64,000 nucleotides of DNA from the human T2T-CHM13v2.0 reference genome, Homo sapiens. The stretch lies in assembly GCF_009914755.1 (NCBI RefSeq), contig NC_060932.1; one strand, written 5' to 3'. Shown one piece after another: positions 1 to 18,505 of the stretch (within the stretch, counting starts at the first letter, position 1; each line of letters begins with the position of its first letter). Under the pieces are notes generated by a model that was not told where the DNA came from, made no database searches, and saw only the letters and a list, made by a program, of their open reading frames with translations. The translations under genes and the position numbers were made by a program.

Positions 1-149
1 AATATGGAAACTCTTGTCCTAGAAAAAAAAACACTGAAATATTTTGCTTATTTTTCTCCTCTTCTTTTTCCTTGTTCTGTCTTTTTTCTCTCTTTAATAT
101 CTATTTTTTTTTCTGGGATCAAGCATCCCAGAATAATACTCCGATTTTC

Positions 150-1280
150 TTATATTTTCCCTCTTATGTTTCATCTCCTTATCTTTCTTGTCTACATTCT
201 GGAAGATTTTTATCATCTTTATTGTTCTTTTTTAAAATTTTTGCTATTATACTTACACTTTTTTTTCTTGGTGTGGTCCTGTTTTCCAAGTAGAATTTAA
301 AAATACAATCCCATTGACATTTTTTGGAGACCATACTTCTTTTATTCCTCTGAGAACTATATAATTGTTTAAGTTTATATGTCCTCGTATATCCTCTCTG
401 TTGTCTGTGAGTAGCTTTTTTCTTTTTCTGTTTCATGTTGGAGTTTTCTCTGGATATCTAGTTTTCTTCGGTTGCCTGTTAAAATGTTGCAGGTGCGAAA
501 GCACTGATGGAAGTTTTTCTGTGCATATGGTGGTCGATTGTAGTCTTCTCGGTAGAGTAATGGACTGAGCTAATTTTGTTGCTGCTGATGGTGTTGCTGT
601 ATTGAGGAGCCCACAACGTAAGCACTTTTAGCTTTTCTCTTCAGTTGTTCAATGTTCCACTGAAAAGAATCTACTGTCCCGCCTGCCAAAATTCTGTGAG
701 TTGATTCCAAGCAAGAGGTGAAGGAGAAATTTCTTAGCATTCAACGTGTATACTTTCCTTAATCTGCCTCTTTTCCGCATGATAATTCTGCCTACAATTG
801 TGCCTGGTGTCCTCCAATCTAGAAAACACCTTTTCTTGCTCTCCAGAGAATATACCCCCAGCTTTCTACCAGATAGAAAAGGAATGGTTTCTCAGATCTT
901 TTCCTAGTGGCAGTGGTTGGGGGTAAAGACAACTACTTATTAAGCACAGTTTCAACCCATCCCTTTCTTTTTAGCTTTAACCTCACTCCCACTTTCAGGG
1001 GTACCTGGTACCATCAATTACTGAACTTTGGGGGGTCTGTAGTACAAATCAAGTTGCCTCTCAGCTTTCTCTACTGCTGAAAGAATTCCATTTTCTCATT
1101 TTACTAAAGCAGTTATTCATAATCCTTTTGCATCCAAAATTTGCATCCAAATTTTGTTATTGTCATCTTCACTCCTCTTTGTCCTTGTGGGTTTGCAGTT
1201 TCTTTACCTTTAGCAATCTGTCATTTTAGTGGATCTTGGCAAGAAACAGAGGCAAACATTTCCATTCAATCTCTCCTTCT
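150..1280 (-). mobile_element. Ancient L1M/HAL1-like 5' region fragment
   Basis: T-rich degenerate sequence with motifs resembling antisense old L1 5' ends (ccactttcaggggtacctggtacc; ...gaggcaaacatttccattcaatctctcc). Boundaries approximate. Confidence 0.4.
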
Positions 1281-2134
1281 TACAATTTAATGTTAGCTTT
1301 TGATATAGAAATATTTCATTTTGATAAAGTTGCATTTAGTAATATTTTCCTAGAAAATTCTTTTCTTTGTTTTTAATACTTCTTATGTCTGTCTGTGCTC
1401 TGAAATCAATTACATATTCACTCCCACTTTCTTCTACATTTTATGATTTCATTTATAATCAATTTTTAAATCCACCTGGATGTTTTCTATGTATATATTC
1501 TTTAAATATTTACTTAATGTTCCTGCATCGTTTGTTGAATAATTCATTTTTCTCCTATTATTTCATAATACTTTATTTATTATCATTCAATTTTTATAAA
1601 TTCTGAAATCTGTTTTAGGAATGCTTTTTCTAACTTATGGATACATTGATTTATTATCATGACTGTATCATAGTGCCACATCATACAGTGATTTGAGGGT
1701 TCTCATTAAAAAGGAACAAAAACAAAACCTCCTAATTATTTTTCCTTGGAGATGAGTAAGATAATCAGGTGCCAAGTGTGCATAGATTCTTTGTTTCGAA
1801 CACAAAAGAAATCTTTTAGTTTTTAATCTAGCTAATCTGGAATTAGCTAAATTTGAAAGTGCAATTTTTAAATTTAAATTCAGTGAATACATTTGCAGAT
1901 ATTTTACTGAGCGGAAGAACAATGAGTTTAAGATAATCAAAAGTAACCTTGGTGTTTAATTCTCTTAAAATTTATTAAATCTGCAATTGTTACATTTTAT
2001 TTAGTTAATTCAGGTTCATTGGTTTTAATTCAATTCACGGTTTTTGTTTAATTTCTTCCTATACTAACCCAGAGACAAATGTTTTTCTGTTCTGTGGCAG
2101 AGACACTGGGGGTGCTGGCATTTACTGTAAAAGC

Positions 2135-2160
2135 TGTGTGTGTGTGTGTGTGTGTGTGTG
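2135..2160. repeat. (TG)n microsatellite
   Basis: About 13 TG units seen directly. Confidence 0.95.
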
Positions 2161-2202
2161 TTGGGGGTGGGGCAGTGGGTGTTAGGTGAGAACAGGTAGG
2201 GT

Positions 2203-2588
2203 GGTATGATGGACTGAATTGTGTCCCTCTCCCCAAATTCACATGTCGAAGCCCTAATCCCCAGTATAACTGTCTTTGGAGATACACCCCTTAAAGAAGT
2301 AGTTAAGGTGAAAAGAGTTGGTAAGTGTGAGGCTCTAATCCAACATAACTGGTGTTTTTCTAAGAAGAGCAAGAGACATCGGGGATGCCCACACACAGAG
2401 GAAAGGCCATGTGAGCACATGGCTAGAAGGTGAACAACTACAAGCCAAGGAGAGATGCCGCATGGGGAACTAAACCTCTTGACATCACGATCTTAAACCT
2501 CCATCCTCCAGAACTGTAAGAAAAGAAATCTGTGTTGTTTAAGCCACCCAGTCTGTGAGATTTTGTTACGGCAGCTGTAGCTAATACA
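2203..2588 (+). mobile_element. MLT1 (ERVL-MaLR) solo LTR, MLT1A/B-like
   Basis: Starts ...ggactgaattgtgtccc...aaattcacatgtcgaagccctaa; ends ccagaactgtaag...gtttaagccacccagtctgtg...ctaataca, typical MLT1 termini. Confidence 0.85.
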
Positions 2589-2744
2589 GATAAATAGATT
2601 TAGAAGATCTGCTTGTTTGTCCCTTCCCATTCACTGGGCACAATTAGGAAAATTGACATTATTATATTTTTCTTCTTAAAAAAAAATCCTTACTGCAATC
2701 TACTAAACTGACATCATGACCCACTAATGGATCATAACACAAAG

Positions 2745-3038
2745 TGTTTTGTTCGGTTTGGTTTGGTTCAAGACACGGTCTTGCTCTCTCACCCAAGCTA
2801 GAATGAAATGGTGCAATCATAGCTCACTGCCACCTTAACCTCCTGGGCTCGAAAAATCCTCCCCCCTCAGCCTCCCCAGTAGCTGGGATTACCAGTGTGC
2901 ACCAAATATTTAGATTTTTTGTGGAGGCAGGGTCTTGCTATGTTGCCTAGGCTGGTCTCAAACTCCTGGCCTCAAGCATCCTCCCACTTCAGACTCCCAA
3001 AGTGCTGGGATTATAGGCATGAGGCACCATTCCTGGCA
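2745..3038 (-). mobile_element. AluJ-like SINE
   Basis: Antisense Alu motifs (atcatagctcactgc, cccaaagtgctgggatta) with degenerate (GTTTG)n tail. Confidence 0.9.
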
Positions 3039-4128
3039 CAACACACAGTTTTTAAAATTCAGATTTATTCTACCATATCAACACCAGGGGTCCACAGGGC
3101 AGGCAGAAGGAATGAAAAACCACTCATGTGTGGCCATGGAGCACACTTCTAGAGACTACAGGATCCTTAGCTAGGTCACCAGCCCAGACAGAAGAAGCTG
3201 CTTGTGCAGAACTTCCTACTGCTCAGGACACCAGCCACTTCAGCACTCTGCCAACACTTGTGTCTGGTCATACTACTAAACGAAGTAAGTCACTCAATTG
3301 TTACCTATCTCAGTTGTAAAAGAGAAACAGCCCTCAGCTTAGTATCAGACATTGTTTGATTACAGTGACTTATGTGTAACAGTTCCCTGAAAAATAAAAT
3401 TAAAAATATGTGCCAAATTAGAATATCTAATTGCTTATAATGTATCTTCCCTTAGTATTTTCTCTTCTCAAAATCTCTACAAGGAAGAGTCATAAATAAG
3501 ATCATAATGGTTGTAAAATAAAACAAACGAATGAGTTGGGTAAATTTGGGAAATTTCTACCAATTAAGCATTCCACTCTTTGATATTAAATCTTTTAACA
3601 AACACAGACCAGTTGGATGCATCATGTGATTTTTGAAAAACAGAACCTCATTTGGTTATGGCCTATGAAGTCAGTTGAATCCAATTAATTTCATTTTTTT
3701 GAGTTGGATGCCTTACTCTTTTGATTTTTTATTATAAAATAATATGCACAGTATAAAAACTTAAAGAGCATAGTAAATTACTTTTTAGAAAGCTTTAGAA
3801 ATCTTTACAATGTCACCTCTCAGAATAAAGACTGCGAAAATTAGTTTTGGCCCTAAGAGGGAGAGAAAGATGAAGGAAAGAAAGAGATGGGAGAAGCCTT
3901 CAATTCTGTGCCTTGGCCCCTAAACTACAACTCTTCAGATCTATAGTGAAACTCCTGACCTGTTGTCCTAGCAGCAATGCATGGATGTTTGTGGATGCTA
4001 GTGGATGGGTTGTGTTTCTCACAGGCACTGGGACAGGAGATGGAGAGCATGGGGGTTGATGGGCTACAAGGCTATTTCTCTCTTATATGCTATGAATATT
4101 GTCCCGTATTTTCACTGGACTCACATTA

Positions 4129-4146
4129 TATCTATATATCTATATC

Positions 4147-4190
<44 letters not shown>
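4129..4190. repeat. (TATC)n tetranucleotide microsatellite
   Basis: Direct run of TATC/TCTA units abutting the Alu tail. Confidence 0.95.
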
Positions 4191-4191
4191 A

Positions 4192-4482
<291 letters not shown>

Positions 4483-4599
4483 ATCTTATGTATTTTTAAA
4501 ATCTAAATCAGTTGATTTGCATTTGACCCTGATGTGACTTCACTTGCCCCTTGTGTCTCTTCCTTTGGAGGCCAGGATGACCATCAGTCTTGCCATCGT

Positions 4600-4720
4600 G
4601 GCCAGGTCTAGGCAAGTCATCTCCCCTTGGGCTTATGCTTTCTCAATTGTGAAATGAAGAGTTTGGACAAGAGAATCTCTAAGATTACCCTGTCTAGAAA
4701 CCTCTGATTTCTGTGTGTAG
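4600..4720 (+). mobile_element. MIR fragment
   Basis: ggcaagtcatctccccttgggcttatgctttctcaattgtgaaatg resembles the MIR core. Confidence 0.55.
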
Positions 4721-6989
4721 TATCTCTAAACATACGTTTAATTCCTTGACGGTAGACTTTTACTTAATTTCTTCATCATCTCCATAGTGCTTAATACTTC
4801 AGTTCGGTTCCACAGACATTTACTAATCTTAAGTGTCTGCTATGAGCTCAACACAAAGTATAAGCTGAATAATGTTGCTGAAAAATAAGAGTCCTATTCT
4901 TCTGATCAAGTAATAACTTTAACTTTTAGAGTCTACATGTTGTAGTTGATTTAACTAGGTTTCAGCTTGTGTGTTCATTCATTTTTGTTTGCATAACAAA
5001 AATGTTACAAGTTTAAATCCTCCCAGGGATAGAATAAATTCTATCACAAATAACTTATGAATTGTAATTTTATTAGAATATAGTTGATTTGGTTATGGTA
5101 GCAAATAATTTAGCCAAAAAGCTTTATACAAAGCTATTTCTACACATATTTAACCTATTTTTCAGCAAAATCAGTATCGTTGCTTAAAATAACATAATGT
5201 CATACATAATGACCAATGTAAACTCAGTACACCTGTGCTTGGGGCCTATATAATGGGCAAACTTAACTAACACTTCAGCATGTGTTAAACTTTGACTATA
5301 TTTTTTCAGAATTAATGAAAATGCAAACCTCACATGGAGCCAAATCTCCGGGTGTGACTTTGCCAAGAAAAATAGGTCTTTGAAGGGTAAAAGCAGGTGG
5401 GAAACAAATGTCTTTCTAACAATCATTCAATCATAACCTACTCATTGAAAGTAGTAGTGAAATTCACTTGCTCCAACTCAGCAATCACGTTTTTATACTA
5501 AGCATACAGCCTTGTCTAACAAGTGAAATTTTATCTCTGATATTCCCATAATATTCCACCTTACTTTACTGACCTGCATTTCAGTCATCTCGCAAATGTT
5601 TATATGATAAATGCTTTGCTGTAAGTGCTAAGTCAGTGGTAGCTTCAAAGAAGGTTGATTTTTCACTTGGGTCTTGAAGGTTATGTAGAAGTTTGCTGGT
5701 CAAGGCATCAGAAGGAGGTCATTCCAGCCAGAGAATAGGGTCTGTATTGACGGGCTCTCCTCATAGAGCCAGGCTTTTTGTGATCTGGCTTTACTTTCTT
5801 GTCTATCTTGAGCTGCCTCTTCCTTTTCTCAATTTGTAGCATATAATCTGATCATACTCATCTATTAGTTCTTTATCTCCATGATTTGCACATACAACTT
5901 ACTCTGCTGTTTGCTTGAAAACCACACTCAACTTTTAAAAATGAATTCAAGCAGCATTCTTCATTGATTCTTTTCTTGTTTCTTTCTCTCAACTCCAGTA
6001 TAAGACCTTTCTCTTCTTTGTGTCTTTAAATACTGTATGGCATCTACATGTGTACATGTGAGTTCCCCCTTCCATACCCTCTTACACAGGACTTCTCTCT
6101 TCAATTGTCATGGATCCCTGAAGCATAAAACAGTGATTGGCACAGCAGAAAATCAATAAATATGTATCTAATGAATAGAATTATTTATTTATGGAAAAAC
6201 TATGGAAAGTGCTGGAAGGATCCTAATCCTTCCCTACATTTGAAATTTTTTTAAATAATTAAATATTAAATCACTTCTTTCAAGCTAGAGTAGGAGAAAA
6301 AGATTTTAGTGCCAGTAATACGGTTCCAGGGCCTCTTCTTTGCATAATCAACTTAAATAAATGTTTAAGTCTATAAGTCTATCCTTTCAGATTCAAAAAA
6401 GAATGGAACTCGGATTTTAAGTGACACTGTGGAGTCCATTGTCTATTCTTTGTCCCAAACTAAAACTAAAGGCAGCATCTATTAAAGTAAGTGAAGATGA
6501 TATGATTTTGTTTTTTACTGCCTTGGGAATGTTTGAAAGACTTTGGACAGTAAGACAGTTACGTAATGCCAGATATCTCCATCATAGTATATCATCTCAC
6601 ATCATATTATATTTGGTGGTCAGGAATAATTCGACTTTACCTCCAAGTCTGTATCTAAAGTTGTATAATTCCACTTTGAAAGATTCTTAAAGAATTACTG
6701 CTTTTTCTAAGAAGATTTTATTAAATTAAGAATTATGTTTTCTGTAAAATCAAACACAAGTGATATCCAGAAAAGTACAAAAAAGAAAGTGACAATTTTT
6801 CAAAATACCTCCTGACACATATCAGAAATAATCTATCAATGTGTCACTGGACATCCTCTCTGATCTCTCGATTCATTCTCTCATTTTCTATATCTGTGTA
6901 TGTATACACACACACATATAAAAGTACACACACATAGTTTAACAATATAGTAGAAAATAAGATAATATTTAAAATGGTAATCATAAAGG

Positions 6990-7280
6990 CATATCTTTTG
7001 GGTTACTATTTTAAACACCATCTTCTTCCTGTCTACATTGTTTACCACTGCCAATGTAATGAGTGTGGGTTTCTAGTTTTATCCCTGTCTTTAGCAGGAA
7101 TGCAGCTGATGTTTCCACATTATGTATAAATGCTAGCTTGGGGACTGAGGTATAAATACTATAATATTAAAAATGGAGTATCCTAGAATGCTTTCTCAGT
7201 ACCTGTAGATTTGATATGTAGTTTTTCTTCATAGAATTATTAATATGATGAATCAAACTGATAGATTTATTAATATTGAA
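6990..7280 (-). mobile_element. Old L1M ORF2 fragment (host of the Alu/L1 nest; continues about 13815-13980)
   Basis: Antisense L1 ORF2-like text (gaatgcagctgatgtttccac...; attgaaccatacttgca) resuming after 13814 (atcttgaaattaac...gctattggattccatttgct). Confidence 0.6.
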
Positions 7281-7291
7281 CCATACTTGCA

Positions 7292-7606
7292 TTTTTTTTT
7301 TTTTTTTTTTTTGTAGAGACAGAGTGTTATTATGTCACTCAGGCTGGAGTGCAGTGGCATGGTCATAGCTCACTGCAGCCTTGAACTCCTGGGCTCAAGT
7401 GATCCTCCTGCCTGAGTCTCCCAAGTAGCTGCGATTACAGGCATGCACCGTCATGCCTGGCTAATTTTTTTTGTTTAGTTTTTTTGTTTGCTTGTTTTTG
7501 GTAGAGACAGGGTTTCCCTATGGTGCCCAGGCTGGTCTCAAACTCCTGGCCTCAAGCGATCTTCCCACCTCCATCTTCCAAAGTGCTGGGATTATATGAT
7601 TGAATC
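7292..7606 (-). mobile_element. AluJ-like SINE, split by the full-length L1 (remainder at 13787-13803)
   Basis: PolyT tail 7292-7312, Alu body to gtgctgggatta; the Alu 5' end (accacaccccacctggc) resumes after the L1. Alu TSD ccatacttgca at 7281-7291 and 13804-13814. Confidence 0.92.
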
Positions 7607-8513
7607 GGGGGAGGAGCCAAGATGGCCGAATAGGAACAGCTCTGGTCTATAGCTCCCAGCCTGAGCGACGCAGAAGACGGGTGATTTCTGCATTTCCATC
7701 TGAGGTACTGGGTTCATCTCACTACGGAGTGCCAGACAGTGGGCACAGTTCAGTGGGTGCACGCACCGTGCGCGAGCCGAAGCAGGGCGAGGCATTGCCT
7801 CACTCGGGAAGCGCAAGGGGTCAGGGAGTTCCTTTTCCTAATCAAAGAAAGGGGTGATGGACGGCACCTGGAAAATCGGGTCACTCCCACCCGAATACTG
7901 CGCTTTTCCGACGGGCTTAAAAAACGGCGCACCACGAGATTATATCCCGCACCTGGCTCAGAGAGTCCTACCCCACGGAGTCTCGCTGATGGCTAGCACA
8001 GCAGTCTGAGATCAAACTGCAAGGCAGCAGCGAGGCTGGGGGAGGGGCACCCACCATTGCCCAGGCTTGCTTAGGTAAACAAAGCAGCCAGGAAGCTCAA
8101 ACTGGGTGGAGCCCACCACAGCTCAAGGAGGCCTGCCTACCTCTGTAGGCTCCACCTCTGGGGGCAGGGCACAGACAAACAAAAAGACAGCAGTAACCTC
8201 TGAAGACTTAAATGTCCCTGTCTGACAGCTTTGAAGAGAGCAGTGGTTCTCCCAGTACGCAGCTGGAGATCTGAGAACGGGCAGACTGCCTCCTCAATTG
8301 GGTCCCTGACCCCTGACCCCCCGAGCAGCCTAACTGGGAGGCACCCTCCAGCAGGGGCACATTGACACCTCACGCTGCAGGGTGCTCCAACAGACCTGCA
8401 GCTGAGGGTCCTGTCTGTTAGAAGGAAAACTAACAAACAGAAAGGACATCCACACCAAAAACCCATCTGTACATCACCATCATCAAAGACCAAAAGTAGA
8501 TAAAACCACAAAG
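7607..8513 (+). promoter_or_regulatory. L1 5'UTR internal sense/antisense promoter, CpG-rich, with YY1 site
   Basis: YY1 motif caagatggcc at 7618-7627; many CpGs retained; established L1 5'UTR function. Activity here untested. Confidence 0.75.
7968..8057 (-). pseudogene. ORF0: L1 ORF0, truncated to 29 aa
   Basis: ATG at 8057 reads MVGAPPPASLLPCSLISDCCASHQRDSVG then TAG. The downstream ORF0-like text (VRRFLSPSEKRSIRVGVTRFSRC) lies in another frame (ORF 7750-7935), consistent with a 1-bp deletion near 7971. Confidence 0.75.
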
Positions 8514-9530
8514 ATGGGGAAAAAACAGAACAGAAAAACTGGAAACTCTAAAAAGCAGAGCGCCTCTCCTCCTCCAAAGGAACGCAGTTCCTCACCAGCA
8601 ATGGAACAAAGCTGGATGGAGAATGACTTTGATGAGCTGAGAGAAGAAGGCTTCAGACGATCAAATTACTCTGAGCTATGGGAGGACATTCAAACCAAAG
8701 GCAAAGAAGTTGAAAACTTTGAAAAAAATTTAGAAGAATGTATAACTAGAATAACCAATACAGAGAAGTGCTTAAAGGAGCTGATGGAGCTGAAAACCAA
8801 GGCTCGAGAACTACGTGAAGAATGCAGAAGCCTCAGGAGCCGATGCGATCAACTGAAAGAAAGGGTATCAGCAATGGAAGATGAAATGAATGAAATGAAG
8901 CGAGAAGGAAAGTTTAGAGAAAAAAGAATAAAAAGAAATTAGCAAAGCCTCCAAGAAATATGGGACTATGTGAAAAGACCAAATCTACGTCTGATTGGTG
9001 TACCTGAAAGTGATGGGGAGAATGGAACCAAGATGGAAAACACTCTGCAGGATATTATCCAGGAGAATTTTCCCAATCTAGCAAGGCAGGCCAACATTCA
9101 GATTCAGGAAATACAGAGAACGCCACAAAGATATTCCTCGAGAAGAGCAACTCCAAGACACATAATTGTCAGATTCACCAAAGTTGAAATGAAGGAAAAA
9201 ATGTTAAGGGCAGCCAGAGAGAAAGGTCGGGTTACCCTCAAAGGGAAGCCCATCAGACTAACAGCGGATCTCTCGGCAGAAACCCTACAAGCCAGAAGAG
9301 AGTGGGGGCCAATATTCAACATTCTTAAAAAAAAGAATTTTCAACCCAGAATTTCATATCCAGCCAACCTAAGCTTCATAAGTGAAGGAGAAATAAAATA
9401 CTTTACAGACAAGCAAATGCTGACAGATTTTGTCACCACCAGGCCTGCCCTAAAAGAGCTCCTGAAGCAAGCACTAAACATGGAAAGGAACAACCGGTAC
9501 CAGCCGCTGCAAAATCATGCCAAAATGTAA
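8514..9530 (+). pseudogene. L1 ORF1p (RNA-binding chaperone), premature stop
   Basis: MGKKQNRKTGNSK...NHAKM; in-frame TAG at 8940-8942 splits it into the 142-aa and 186-aa ORFs. Confidence 0.95.
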
Positions 9531-9593
9531 AGACCATCGAGACTAGGAAGAAACTGCATCAACTAACGAGCAAAATAACCAGCTAACATCATA

Positions 9594-13530
<3,937 letters not shown>

Positions 13531-15559
13531 ACAATGAGATCACATGGACACAGGAAGGGGAACATCACACTCTGGGGACTGTTGTGGGGTGGGGGGAGGG
13601 GGGAGGGATGGCATTGGGAGATATACCTAATGCTAGATGACGAGTTAGTGGGTGCAGCACACCAGCATGGTACATGTATACATATGTAACTAACCTGCAG
13701 AATGTGCACATGTACCCTAAAACTTAAAGTATAATAAATAAATAAATAAATAATGAAACGAGCAAAAAAAAAAAAAAGATTGAATCACCACACCCCACCT
13801 GGCCCATACTTGCAATCTTGAAATTAACACAACTTGTCATGATATACTACCCCTTTTCAGTGTGCTATTGGATTCCATTTGCTACTTTTTTTACCTTAGA
13901 ATTTTTGCGTTGCTATTCAGAAGTAAGGCTATTATGGAGTAGTTCATTATGTGTACTTTTAAACCAATTTTAGTGCCAATAAATAAAAAATTAGTGGTTT
14001 AAATGGAAAATTGCCTGATATATGAAAATAAATCAGAATGGCCAAGAATAATAATATTCAATACTTGCAGAGATTACTGAATGAAATTGAGAGTACTTTT
14101 CTGAGGTTTATTCAAAAACAAGATATTCATCTGTCAAAAATAACATATATAGTCTGTTTCACAAAGAGTGAATTCTCATTGAGAATTCTTTCCATGGATT
14201 TCTTTATTTTATGTAAACTTCAACCTTTTGCGTATGACATGTTTTATTTCCATCATCTCTTAAGTTGTGTCCCGGATTACTTAAAGTAAGAAAATAAAGC
14301 TAAATCCAGTAATGGTATAAGCACATTCAGAGGCCACAGAATTAGTAAAACAACCAAACAATTAAACACCTTATGATTCTGTTTGTTACTCATAAAGCTC
14401 AACATAAAAGTTGAGTTCTCATTTTACTTGGCTCTAATATTAACACTACCATTGTATTGAATTCCATTGTGTGTTGCAAAGCTGAACCTCAAGATGTAGG
14501 ATTATATGGCCATAAATTAGAATTATTTGACATGTGTCAATAAAATAACATTGCCAAGTCCTAAAACACTTTGGCTGCATGTCAAGTCTGAGGTCAGGAT
14601 TTGTAAGAATGACACAGTCCTTTTTCTTGCCTGCTTATTGCTGTGGCCCTGAGGCCATAGCAACCAGGTGTCTGGCACTTTACATTTAAGTCTCACAGTT
14701 TCAGCAGATAAAACCCCAATGTTTCCTTTTTTAACTCAAAGTTATACTGTTTCCAGTAAATTATTTACTCCTTTTTATTAATTTGTTTTTTCTTTTTCAA
14801 TAATCTATAATTACCCAGTGAAAAAATTAAAAATTGTAGCTTATTGTTAATTTGAATTACTCTTCTTGAAGGGTCAAAAGAATAAATACACTTAATTTTT
14901 CTTCAATTGCTTATATTGTGTTGTGTAAATCTTGGACACTGTTTGACAATTTCTCCATGTAGCATAAGCAGTTTGAGGGTAGGTTCCTTATCTTATTCAT
15001 CTTAGAATCTCCAGTGTCCTATACATACAAGAAGTATGCAGTAATTATGTTAAAATAATAAATAAATGAAAGACTCTAGAACTAACACCATTTGAAACCA
15101 AGATTTTCTTAAAACTACCTAGGTATTGTGATTAAAAACAAACAAACAAAATTGGCCTGTTCTAGTTTGTTGAAAGATTGTTGGTTGACTCCCTGTATGG
15201 GAGTTTACAGTTGGACCTACTGTCATAGCTTAAAAAAATGGAAATTCCTAGGTTTTCATCTGTACCCTTAGTGGTGTGTATGGAGAAATGAGGATCTAAT
15301 CTGTTGCCGCAGGGAGCATAGCAATTTTATCATTCAGTTCTCTTTATTATATTTTAGAATTAAATTTTACTGTGGTTCTTGTGACCACTATCTGGGTTTT
15401 AGCTGATCAACTCAAAGACAGTTAAGTGCTCTGCCGCATCTGTAGAACTCAAGAAAAAAAGTAATTCAACAGAAAAAAATACATTTTTAGTATTTCAAGA
15501 GAAAAAATGTCCTTCGTAAAATATGGGAGAGGTTGAAAACACTATCTAATGGGCAGTTG

Positions 15560-17050
15560 AGTCCCAGTACAGTCCCATAAAAATGCAGTCAAAAGACAGG
15601 GGCCATAAAGGGACAAGGGCTTCTTAGAGACGTGGCTGATTGTAGGCCCAGCACAACAGATACCCAGGATGAACCTAGGGCATTTGTGGGGCCAGAAATC
15701 AAGAAATATATTAAAGATTACCTGTGGGTCTATCAAAAGGACTCAGGAATCAAGTTAAAGAGGCATTTTATGGATGCTCAGATTGTCCCATCTTTGGGGC
15801 AAAAAAAATATTGTCCCATCTTCGGGAGAATCTGAGCATCCATAAGATGTTCTGTGTATTGAAACAATTAATATAATTAAATTTATGAGCTCATCTCAGG
15901 CATACCCCCCTCACTGCCTTCACTTGTCACCTTTTAAGAAATTAGGTTATCTCAGTACGTGATAACTGGTGAAAAAAAGAAATAAATATTTATCTTGACT
16001 TTCATATATTAACTGTACCTCAAAGTCATACAACAGTTGACGAAAAGAAGTTGCTCATTGTGGAATCATTCCCAGTTAATGGATAAAGAAGAAATGATAA
16101 AATTAGACTTTCATTATTTTCCATCACGTATAAATGAATACATCTAAGAAATAATAACTGAATGGCAGCTAACGCCACCTAGTATACACCTGAAGTATAT
16201 ATCTGAAGTATACATCACCTAGAAGTCATCTTGCCAAAGATGTATACACCTGAAGTATACATCACCTAGAAAGTCATCTTGCCAAAAAATTAATTCCGAA
16301 TCTGATCAAGGCATTGGATGGACTACCAGTATACAAGAAATATAGGACACAAGGACTATGATAAATAACATTCTGGGGACACGGTAAGCAGCACCCAGAC
16401 AGTGCTTTTCAAAGTAGGGTCCCTGGAGCAAAAGGTTTGGAAACCACTATTGACCAGTGAGCTTGTGTCAGAAGGTAAGTCAACTACATCACTAAGCAAG
16501 CGCTTTAGTTCAGCTGTGTGTAAGTGTTATTCTGGGGCAGCCTCCTTCTCTCACACAGACTAGCATATTCATGGCTAGCACAGTGACATCTATATGAGAG
16601 GAAATGAAACCTACAGTTAAAAGAGATCATAGAACTATTAATTATGTTATATTAACTATTTTTTATGAAAATTTTAACAAACTGTGATTAAAATGTATAA
16701 GAAAATCATGGAAATTTGAACACTAGATATTTAATAATATTAATGGATTGTTAGATTTGTAGGTGTAATAAGGGGGTTGTGGCTATATTTAATACTACAA
16801 CTAAATAATATTAAGTATTTAGAGGTACATTTTGAAATATTATGGGTAAAATGGTAGAATGCCTAGGACTTGCTTCAAAGTAACAGGGAGGGGTGGAGGA
16901 AGTGGGTAAGGGCTGTAAAATTAGCAAGATGAGACGTGTTGCTCTTACTTGAATTGAGTGATAAATACATGCACCTTTGTTATCTTATTTTCTATGCTTT
17001 TGTGTATATTCAAATCTTTCAAAATAAAAATGTAAAGACAAAAATAAAAG
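15560..17050 (+). mobile_element. L1MC-like 3' region fragments (with small DNA-transposon insert about 16400-16590)
   Basis: Motifs tcttgccaaaa...aatctgatcaag, tttgaacactagatatttaataatattaa and 3' aaaataaaaatgtaaa resemble L1MC4-type 3'UTR. Confidence 0.55.
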
Positions 17051-17423
17051 AAAAAACTCAATAAATGAATGTCGCCTCTGTAAAAAAACGAAAAAAAATG
17101 AAGAAGGCGTTCATCAAAAGTGGGAATTAGAATTAGAACTGAAATACCACTGGGTACTTTTTAAACAGGCAGAAATAGTTTGTACACACATTACATATAT
17201 GGTGCATGCAACTGTACTTAGTTTGCTTTGCCAGAAAATAAGTTTCTCTAACAATGAAATTTAACTGTTGTGTAAGGACATATACAAAATGTTCCTATCA
17301 CCAACTGTTACTGGTTGAATTGTGTCCCCCGCAAAACATATGCTACAGCCCTAATCTGGTACCTGTGTATATGACCTAATTTGAAAATAGTCTTCACAAA
17401 TGTATTCGAGTTAAGATGAGGTT

Positions 17424-17714
<291 letters not shown>

Positions 17715-17914
17715 CGGGGGTGGGGGGTGCGGTGGGGCATTAGGGTGGGCTGTAATTTAATCTGGCTGGAGTCCTTATAAGAAGAGGGGAATTTGCATAC
17801 AGAAACACGCGGGGAGCATCCCCGGAGACCGGAGTGCTGCCAAGGAGCACCAAGGATGCTGTCAGTCACCATGAAGTAAGAAAGAGTCATGGAACTAACT
17901 CTCAGAGCCTCTGA

Positions 17915-18304
<390 letters not shown>

Positions 18305-18505
18305 TAAGCCATCCAGTTTGTGGTTCTTTGTTACAGCAGCCCCAGGAAGCTAACACACTCACTGAGCTTAGTACAATGGGTGCTTCTGTGTCTGCATGCT
18401 GGGGGGAGCCAGGCAGAAAGAGGGTGAGCCATTGTGTTTTTACATAGTTCTTTTGAGCAAAAATAGTGTCGCCTGACTGAGTTGTTGACTTTTTTCCATT
18501 TTCAG

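Noticed and set aside
4-568. Hydrophobic 'membrane protein' ORFs (also 54809-55838)
   Set aside because: F/L/I-rich translations of T-rich antisense old L1; no splice structure or recognisable domain.
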